Source: Alphaproteobacteria bacterium
Lineage (GTDB): Bacteria > Pseudomonadota > Alphaproteobacteria > Micavibrionales > Micavibrionaceae
Direction of reading: 5' to 3'
Assembly (NCBI GenBank): GCA_002401695.1
Contig: NVTV01000001.1
Span: 615,604 to 679,603, forward strand
Length of the DNA: 64,000 nucleotides
Shown here: one piece after another, positions 57,042 to 64,000 of the stretch
Layout: each line of letters opens with the position of its first letter
How positions within the stretch are numbered: position 1 is the stretch's first letter
The notes under the pieces: model-generated
The model's database searches: none
What the model saw: only the letters and a program-made list of their open reading frames with translations
Told to the model about the DNA's origin: nothing
Position numbers and translations under genes: made by a program

Positions 57042-58184
57042 ATGAGAGTGGCACTTATCGATCCTTCACTATTTACTTGGCCCTATGACCGTGCTTTGGT
57101 TGAAGGATTGAAAAGTAATGGTCATGACGTGATTTTATTCACCAAATATTTATCGGAAGATGAGCAAGGTAAAGGTCAACCTAATGTGCGGGAAATATTT
57201 TATCCTGGCCTACAGATGAAGTTTTTCAAGAATTTACCTAAGCCAGTATTTTTATCTATAAAGGGTGTTTCACACTTTTTCTCTTTAATTATATTGTGGT
57301 TTCATCTCAAATTTTATAAACCCGATGCTATTCATTTCCAGTGGGCGCCCTTGCCAATAATGGATAGGTTTTTTATTCCGTTATTTAAATTGATAGCTCC
57401 CACAGTCTTAACCGTCCATGACTCATCGCCTTTTAATAATAACCCCAGTGCTGCTATGCAACGTATTGGCGCAATTAAAATATTCAATAGCTTTGATCAC
57501 CTAATTGTTCATACAAAAAGTGCAGTTCAGGCACTTACAGAATATGGTTTGAATAAGGAAAAAATATCTATTGTACCGCACGGATTTCTTGAATCTGGTA
57601 TTGATGCTGCAACTGCAAAAAGATCAATCCCCCCTGTCATGAATTTTCTCCTATTCGGACAGATAAAACCTTACAAAGGCGTTGATGTTCTTATCAAGGC
57701 TGTAGCTGCTCTTCCTGCAGATCTACGAGAAAAGTGCCATGTTCATATTGTAGGGAAACCACAAATGGATATGGAGCCGTTATTTGCAATCGCAAAAGAT
57801 CTTGGCGTTGAATCATCTATAGCATGGGATTTGCGCTTTATTAACGATGATGAAATAGGTGATCTATTTTCAAAAGCCGACGCCATGGTTTTACCGTATC
57901 GTGAAATTGATGCTTCTGGTGTTTTGATGCAATTAATTTCTGTTGGTAAACCCGTTATTGCATCACGTATAGGGCTTTTTGCGGAATTATTGGAAGATGG
58001 TAAGCACGGATATCTTATTGAGCAAGATGACCATGCGGGATTAGCAAAGGCCATGTCTCTTCTAATCAATGATCATAAACTTTGTACAACAATGGGTGAG
58101 CATGTGTCTGAGCTTCAAAACAGCCTTCCCAGTTGGAAAGACATCGGAAAAATGACGAGTGATATCTATGTTAAATCCGTTTAA
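57042..58184 (+). CDS. family-4 (GT-B, group 1) glycosyltransferase
   Basis: C-terminal EX7E-type region (LPYREIDASGVLMQLISVGKPVIAS) and an overall GT4-like pattern. Confidence 0.82.
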   Translation: MRVALIDPSLFTWPYDRALVEGLKSNGHDVILFTKYLSEDEQGKGQPNVREIFYPGLQMKFFKNLPKPVFLSIKGVSHFFSLIILWFHLKFYKPDAIHFQWAPLPIMDRFFIPLFKLIAPTVLTVHDSSPFNNNPSAAMQRIGAIKIFNSFDHLIVHTKSAVQALTEYGLNKEKISIVPHGFLESGIDAATAKRSIPPVMNFLLFGQIKPYKGVDVLIKAVAALPADLREKCHVHIVGKPQMDMEPLFAIAKDLGVESSIAWDLRFINDDEIGDLFSKADAMVLPYREIDASGVLMQLISVGKPVIASRIGLFAELLEDGKHGYLIEQDDHAGLAKAMSLLINDHKLCTTMGEHVSELQNSLPSWKDIGKMTSDIYVKSV

Positions 58185-58328
58185 AAAAATGTAATATTTC
58201 ATACACAGCATGATATTTAAATTATATTAGGCGCTTAGGCTGGCTTTTTAATTTTAAAAGCAATATAATTGTAGTTGAAATTCTTTTGTACCCACAAATC
58301 ATTCACAGCCTGCAAGTAATCTGATCCA

Positions 58329-59600
58329 ATGAAATATTACTTATCCATACTCTATGCCCTTGCTATACCTGTTTTTATGATAGGTACAGTGTCGGCGCAG
58401 CCAATATCTATGAAGGAGCGAGAAAAAGAACTTTCTGTATTAACCAGAGAAAATAAATCATACGATCAATCGGGTATTAAGTTTGCAGGATTAATTCTCT
58501 ATACGGACTTACGTAATACCGTGGAATATACTGATAATTTATATTCAAGCGAGGGTGCTTTATTTGAAGACGTTGTACATAAAATCAGGCCATCAGTAAC
58601 AATAAAGTCTGATTTTTCAAGACACTCTTTATCAACAACACTGTTTTTGGAAAAAGGCACTTATAAAAAAGCATCCGGTGAAAATTATATAGATTATACA
58701 GCGCGCGTATCAGGTCGAATGGATATTTTCGGCAATATTCATATACCTGTTTCAATAGAATACACAAAAAACCATTCTCAAAGATCTGATCCTGAAGATC
58801 AAAATGAACTAGAGCCGACATTGTATAATGAACTAATCCTAAATACAGGAATTGATTACAAAGGTACTAATCTCGATTTTTTGATAAATACCAATTTAAA
58901 ATATACCTCCTTTGAAGATAATCAGACACAAACATTATTTATTGATAATTCAGATAGAGATAGAAGAGAATTTTTTGTCTCTGCCAATATAGGTCTTTCA
59001 AAAGACAGATTACTTGCCCCCTTTATATTCACAAACTTGCAAAAAATTCAATATGATAGGACTATAGACGATAATGGACTGAAACGTTCATCTTCAAGCT
59101 TCGCCGGCGGGCTGGGCATAAAAATGAATACATTATCAAGCCTACTTAGATCAACAATACGCGTAGGTGGTATAAACAGATCTTTTGATGATGAGAGCTT
59201 TGACGACATAAATGATTTCATATACTCAGCAGAGATAGCATGGGAGCCATCCACTTTGTTAGCATTAAATCTTTATGTTGAAAGACAAATATTAGAATCA
59301 ACATTAAACAATTTTTCTGCTAGTATTGACGATATAATTTCTGCTTCCGCATATTATGAATTAACACCAAACATATTTTTAAATCCTAAATTTTCATATC
59401 TGAAGAAGAATTATCAAGGTAACATTCGTAGGATCTTAAAAAGATCATCTAGCGAGCTGAATGTTATCTATAAACTTAACAAAAATATTTGGCTTTCTGG
59501 ATCGTATGATTACGTTAGACAGAGCGAAAGTGAAAATTCTCTCGATTTAGAAACGTCTGATGTAAATTTGTATAATCTTTCTATGAAATTACAGATATAG
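58329..59600 (+). CDS. putative outer-membrane beta-barrel protein associated with polysaccharide export
   Basis: Signal peptide (YLSILYALAIPVFMIGTVSAQ). Alternating hydrophobic strands run throughout. The terminal strand LYNLSMKLQI lacks the usual terminal Phe. Confidence 0.5.
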   Translation: MKYYLSILYALAIPVFMIGTVSAQPISMKEREKELSVLTRENKSYDQSGIKFAGLILYTDLRNTVEYTDNLYSSEGALFEDVVHKIRPSVTIKSDFSRHSLSTTLFLEKGTYKKASGENYIDYTARVSGRMDIFGNIHIPVSIEYTKNHSQRSDPEDQNELEPTLYNELILNTGIDYKGTNLDFLINTNLKYTSFEDNQTQTLFIDNSDRDRREFFVSANIGLSKDRLLAPFIFTNLQKIQYDRTIDDNGLKRSSSSFAGGLGIKMNTLSSLLRSTIRVGGINRSFDDESFDDINDFIYSAEIAWEPSTLLALNLYVERQILESTLNNFSASIDDIISASAYYELTPNIFLNPKFSYLKKNYQGNIRRILKRSSSELNVIYKLNKNIWLSGSYDYVRQSESENSLDLETSDVNLYNLSMKLQI

Positions 59601-59610
59601 AGGCAATATA

Positions 59611-60180
59611 ATGTTCAAAAATATGAAATTTTCAGGTGTTGCCATTACAATAGTAATGTGTCTGTCTGTATTGGGATGTGCCCTGAAATCCACTGAAATG
59701 GAAACGAGATTAGTACAAAACATAGAATATAGGCTAGGTACAGGTGACACAATTCGCTTAATCGTATTTGGTCATGAGAAATTATCAGGAGAGTTTAACG
59801 TTGGGCCAAGCGGGAAAGTATCCTTCCCTTTAATATTAAATACACAAACCAGTGGCCTAACGACCAAAGAACTGGAAACATTAATCACTGAAGAACTCAC
59901 GCCCCAATACCTACTTGATCCAAAAGTAAGTGTAGAAGTGCTAAGTTATAGAGATGTATACATTCTTGGAGAAGTAAGAACTCCAGGTAAATACCCGTTC
60001 ATCCCTAATATGACAGTCAAGCAAGCAGTCGCTATTGCTGGTGGATATACATATAGAGCGCGAGAAGATATTGCAGAGCTTACACATCAATCCGAAGATA
60101 CTATTACGACAAAAATTGTTGATACAATTTCAACAATTTCACCTGGAGATACTCTCGTTATTACAAGAAAATGGTTTTAA
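59611..60180 (+). CDS. polysaccharide export protein (Wza/ExoF-type periplasmic lipoprotein)
   Basis: Lipobox LSVLGC, the Poly_export motif YRLGTGDTIRLIVFG...L.GEF.V...G.V.FP, and a SLBB-like domain (VYILGEVRTPGKYP). Confidence 0.8.
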   Translation: MFKNMKFSGVAITIVMCLSVLGCALKSTEMETRLVQNIEYRLGTGDTIRLIVFGHEKLSGEFNVGPSGKVSFPLILNTQTSGLTTKELETLITEELTPQYLLDPKVSVEVLSYRDVYILGEVRTPGKYPFIPNMTVKQAVAIAGGYTYRAREDIAELTHQSEDTITTKIVDTISTISPGDTLVITRKWF

Positions 60181-60198
60181 AAGATAAAGAATTTAGTC

Positions 60199-62259
60199 AT
60201 GGAAAATACAATCTCAGAAGATACCCAAGCTTTAAATCTAGAGGATTTACTGTCTACTATAGCTAGGCATAAAGTTATAATAACTTTTATAACCCTATTA
60301 ATGATCCTTATTTCTATCGTCTATATAAAGACGGCAGACGTAATATATTACGCAAGCTCTGTCGTGCTGCTTGAAGATAAGAATAAAGATCTGGAGATAA
60401 AGAAATTAACTGAAGCAGGCACGATTGATTTACTCTACATTTCCTCTGAAATTCAGGTGTTGCAATCTCGTGAGCTTGTAAAAAATGTCCTTGATAAAAT
60501 AGGGGTATTTGATGATCCTTATTTATTATTTCCCAAAGATAAAAGCCGTAAACCTATCTCGGATGATATGCTTATCAACTTTGTAATAAAAAATATAAAA
60601 ATACGGCAAATTCAAAAATCGCGCGCAATAGAAATTGGTTTCAGCTCTCATAATAGAGAGGCTTCCTCTACGCTGGTTAATACCCTCGCAGAACTATATA
60701 TTACAGAACAAATTTCATCCGATAAAACAGAACTTTCCAGCACAAATACATGGCTAAGTGATCGTGTTACACAATTGCGTTATAATGTTAAAAAAATTGA
60801 TACGGAAATTGTCGAATATAAGAATAAATTTAATATTATTAATAGCAACGGAAGAGCGCTCATAGAAAATGAAATGGAACAATTGAGTAAAAACTTAATT
60901 GACGCCCAAGTAAAATTAGTGGAGTCCCAAGCAAAATCGGATGAAATAAATGGAGCAAGCTCAATAAAAACCGCTCCTGAAATTATGAAATCAAGCATGA
61001 TCCAAAAACTTATAGAGCGCCAAGCCCTGAATAAGGAAAAGGTATTCGAGCTAAACAAAGAATATGGTGTAGATCATCCAGACATGATTTCAGCAACAAA
61101 CCGTCTCAACAGTATTACAAATAAAATTGAGCAGGAAATCAATAAAATAGCGAAATCAATGGAGCGAGAATATAAGGTTGCACAAGTAAATGTCGTGGAC
61201 ATAAAGCGACAGCTAGATGCGCTAAAGATCGAATATAATAAAGCAAATGAGTACAGTATAAAGCTGGCCGTGCTGCAAAGAGAAGCAGATAACAGTAAGA
61301 GATTGCTTGAAAAATTGGATGTAAGATGGAAGGAAATACAAGTACAAGAAGATATACAGTTACAAACACCTAGCGCTAAAATATTATCAAAAGCCGTCGT
61401 TCCCAATAAGCCTCAAGGTCCAAATCCCAAAGTAATAATTATTATTTCTATTATTGGTGGCGTGTGTATTGGCTTGGCCGTTGCAGTTTCTCTGGATTAT
61501 ATGCAAACGAATATCTACAATGGTAATCAACTTCAAAAGTACACCAATATTCCAAATATAGCCCTAGTACCTAGATTAAAGGGGGCTGTCAATTCACTCG
61601 TTGAAAGATCAGTCAGCCACTTATATAAAAATCCATTATCTGATTATGCTGAATCCTTACGTTCCTTAACCACTTATTTAAAACTACATATTGAAAAATT
61701 CCCTTCAAAGAAAATATTTAATTTTACTTCGGTTGCAACAGGAGATGGAAAATCGGCACTTGTAGCCACAGCTGCCTGTCAGATGTCTTTAGAGGGTCTG
61801 AAGGTTCTTGTTATTGATTGTGATTTAAAAAACCCCTCATTAGGTGCAGCTTTTAAATTACATGAGAAGAAAGGCTTGAGTAATTTACTTGCCGGCACGG
61901 TTGAATTCCAAGATGTTGTTTACAAAGATAAGGATTCTTCAATTGATTTGATTGGGATTGGGACAGTACAAGATGTCAATATTATTAATAAAAGTGCGAA
62001 AGTCTGGAAAAAACTTTTAGCAGCTGTATCCAAAGAATACGATATTATTATGCTAGATGGCCCTCCAGCACTAAATATTTCTGATATGAGTATTCTTGCA
62101 GAAGATAGTCAAAATATTATGTGTGTTCGTTGGAAAAAAACATCCTATAGACAAATTCTTTATTCTCAAAACCTACTCAAAAGCTTAAATTTTTCTTTAC
62201 TAGGAACCGTAATTACATTAGTAAGTCCTAAAAAAATAAAGATGCTGAACAAAGCTTAA
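60199..62259 (+). CDS. chain-length determinant / polysaccharide co-polymerase with C-terminal P-loop domain (Wzc/ExoP-like)
   Basis: Wzz-type N-terminus with a TM helix, a long coiled-coil periplasmic region, a second TM helix, and a Walker-A-like SVATGDGKS followed by VLVIDCDL. No C-terminal Tyr cluster. Confidence 0.8.
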   Translation: MENTISEDTQALNLEDLLSTIARHKVIITFITLLMILISIVYIKTADVIYYASSVVLLEDKNKDLEIKKLTEAGTIDLLYISSEIQVLQSRELVKNVLDKIGVFDDPYLLFPKDKSRKPISDDMLINFVIKNIKIRQIQKSRAIEIGFSSHNREASSTLVNTLAELYITEQISSDKTELSSTNTWLSDRVTQLRYNVKKIDTEIVEYKNKFNIINSNGRALIENEMEQLSKNLIDAQVKLVESQAKSDEINGASSIKTAPEIMKSSMIQKLIERQALNKEKVFELNKEYGVDHPDMISATNRLNSITNKIEQEINKIAKSMEREYKVAQVNVVDIKRQLDALKIEYNKANEYSIKLAVLQREADNSKRLLEKLDVRWKEIQVQEDIQLQTPSAKILSKAVVPNKPQGPNPKVIIIISIIGGVCIGLAVAVSLDYMQTNIYNGNQLQKYTNIPNIALVPRLKGAVNSLVERSVSHLYKNPLSDYAESLRSLTTYLKLHIEKFPSKKIFNFTSVATGDGKSALVATAACQMSLEGLKVLVIDCDLKNPSLGAAFKLHEKKGLSNLLAGTVEFQDVVYKDKDSSIDLIGIGTVQDVNIINKSAKVWKKLLAAVSKEYDIIMLDGPPALNISDMSILAEDSQNIMCVRWKKTSYRQILYSQNLLKSLNFSLLGTVITLVSPKKIKMLNKA

Positions 62260-62269
62260 TCTAGGGATC

Positions 62270-62347
62270 TGAATAGCTCCTGACATCGTAGTCTCCTTGC
62301 TTCTGTTTTATACACTGCAAGGTGTCTACTTTCATAGGAGCTATTCA
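62270..62347 (-). mobile_element. 78-bp MITE-like internal-deletion derivative of the IS3-family element
   Basis: The reverse complement of 62279..62347 matches IS nt 43553..43621 with 2 mismatches. 62270..62280 (TGAATAGCTCC) matches the opposite IS tip with one mismatch. Its own termini form the 12-bp inverted repeat TGAATAGCTCCT/AGGAGCTATTCA. Confidence 0.85.
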
Positions 62348-62974
62348 ATTCACGATTACCTTTATGTTTAGTTACGGCTTGGCACCAATTTCTAAACTGC
62401 TATAATGGGTTATCTTGTTGAAATATAGACAAGAAGCCCATAAAAATTTTCTTGACGCAGCGTCTAAACACCTCATATTTCTATCAAAATAAAACAATTT
62501 TCTCCGGCTCCTTCGCTGGCCTTGATACATCACGATTATATATGTTTATGGAGCCGCAACCGAGCATTGCCAAACCTACGGCTTAGACCCCGTGCCTACA
62601 AACAAAACCGAGAACGGCGTTTTAACCGAGCAGGTGTTTGAATGTCGGTAATGTGGAAAGTAATGTGGAGACGATACGAAACTTGGGCCTACGGCTTGAA
62701 GATGCTGGCCCTGATATTACTTATGGCGACCCTACCATCAGCGGGTGTCGCTTTATTTTTCACATTGGGTCTGGAACTGGTTTTGTACGTTTGGGGGATA
62801 GAATCTTTTGCACTATCCAATTACTACAACGACATATTCTTTGTCTCATTTGTTATCTTCTGCCCATATTACATCGGTGAGAAGTGGGATTGGCTCATAG
62901 ATTCTGCAAAAAACACCAACTCCCTCGAAGAGAAAGAGTGACTATTCCTTTCTACAAACAAAATAACTATCTTA

Positions 62975-64000
62975 TTACCCACTCTCCCCAATAAGATAGT
63001 TATGTATTGTCCTTAAAGTCCCCACCTCACCTTTGTTTAATCCTTTTTCTTTGGTGCCTTCATGAGCCCAATTGTTCCTGTAGGAATTAAATATGGAGAG
63101 CCATTTTATCTTTTCAGACTTACTATTAAATCCATACCCCATACTTATTGAAAACAACTCTTCAAAAGTTTGAAAATCATCATCGGGTGTATCGGATCTT
63201 TTATTCCAATGTTTTTCTATTATTGCTTTATAATCTTTGATAAAAAATTACTCAGTCCAATCTATTTTTTCTCTTTTGAGCTTTTCTTTGTGCCTTCTTT
63301 CTTCTTCACTGGCTCTTTTTACACATTCTCTCTTAATAGAGGCAATTTCTAGACCCCCAGTCTTGTCCATATAACTTTTTTAAGTTAGACAAAATCGTAG
63401 TCTTTGTATACCGCTCGACTTCTATACCTAGGCTTCTACCTTCATTCTGTAACTCTTCATCTTGGCGTTCTTTTCAATCCACTAAATCACTAGGTTCATA
63501 AACTGGGTATCTTTCATTCACTAAAAGTTGAAACCGTCTAAACCATTTAATATCAGCACCTGATCCCAATTTCCCTTTAAGTTCTTCTACTTCACCATCT
63601 GACAGATTTTGAATACCCTCCAATAACACTTTCAAGTATTTTTCTATCGCGTTAAATCTATCCTCTGGTTTAGTTTCTGATGCGATTGTTTCACTATCAG
63701 TCTCAAACTCATTCAAGCTTCCTATTAGGCTGATAAAGGCAAAAGTGCCCCGATTTAAGAGTAGGAAGCCTTGTTCTTGTTCAAAAACATCAAAAAAATT
63801 ACTTTCTGCGTATTCATAGCAAAGATTCAAAAATGCAACCAACCTGCCTCGCACTTTAGGCATCTCCGATGCATGATCCTGCTTATGTATGTTGTAAAGG
63901 GAATATCTGGACAGATCTTCATCGTATTGATTCCCTTTTACTTTTGGTAGCAAGGTTGCCTTAGTCAAAGCGTTATAAAAAGGAGTTGCAGAAAGAAAGG
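62975..64000 (-). pseudogene. disrupted defence-type gene with C-terminal Swt1-like HEPN domain (5' end beyond window)
   Basis: One reading frame is reconstructable across in-frame TGA 63474..63476, a frame change at the G5 run 63354..63358 and in-frame TAA 63248..63250. The C-terminus has SYRNNWAH, an RxxxxH HEPN motif, preceded by LKKLYGQDW...DYKAIIEKHWN. Confidence 0.5.

Larger units (their letters stand above)
43553..62347. mobile_element. IS-bracketed, AT-rich exopolysaccharide island (composite-transposon-like)
   Basis: A full IS lies at the left and a 78-bp inverted derivative of the same IS at the right, with IRL-type tips facing outward. 16 co-oriented EPS genes lie between. There is a visible drop in G+C. 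No matching target-site duplication was found. Confidence 0.5.

Noticed and set aside
62642-62941. 99-aa plus-strand ORF with hydrophobic segments downstream of the 78-bp element (the overlapping 62638..62880 ORF as well).
   Set aside because: It has no family, no convincing RBS and a mixed-composition region. It may be a gene fragment, but it cannot be supported.
63170-63352. 60-aa plus-strand ORF rich in Phe/Ile.
   Set aside because: It is antisense to the reconstructable HEPN-containing pseudogene and is AT-rich low-complexity sequence.

Overview
This 64-kb chromosomal segment reads like an alphaproteobacterium. That assignment is inference from the ccoNOQP-ccoGHIS layout, an exo-like EPS gene set and DUF1522-type flagellin termini. 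I saw no rRNA, tRNA or CRISPR.

Positions 1-39 kb are core-type DNA. Spot counts on single 60-nt lines give about 50-55 % G+C. This part contains:
- an arsenosugar-type cluster (radical-SAM arsS, arsM and two glycosyltransferase-like genes), followed by a TVP38/DedA-DUF547 fusion and a CxxxxC flavoprotein
- an Aer-like aerotaxis receptor encoded as separate PAS and MCP ORFs behind a perfect FNR/FixK box
- glutathione-dependent formaldehyde detoxification genes (frmA, frmB) and ompW
- a DUF2269-DUF4166-saccharopine-dehydrogenase-like operon carrying an odd glycine-rich insert gene
- an APS-type sulfate assimilation operon (cysG-H-J-I-D-N) divergent from an Rrf2 regulator and cysK
- a DUF853 ATPase, a CBS protein and a DUF4197 protein
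- a complete cbb3 oxidase locus, including ccoQ and ccoS, which are too short for the ORF track
- an FNR box and a Crp/Fnr regulator whose only Cys cluster is C-terminal
- an FMN-type glutamate-synthase-family gene

Positions 39-64 kb are accessory DNA. This part contains:
- an HExxH protein, a Cys/His (CHAP-like) protein and an orphan flagellin-like protein with an unrecognised middle domain
- a decayed IS3-family element with perfect 31-bp inverted repeats
- a 17.5-kb AT-rich (about 30-43 % G+C on spot counts) Wzx/Wzy EPS locus with succinoglycan-like gene content
- a 78-bp deletion derivative of the same IS in inverted orientation, so the EPS locus is bracketed like a composite transposon
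- a multiply disrupted HEPN-containing defence-type pseudogene that runs off the window edge

All family assignments come from reading motifs by eye. No database search was run.
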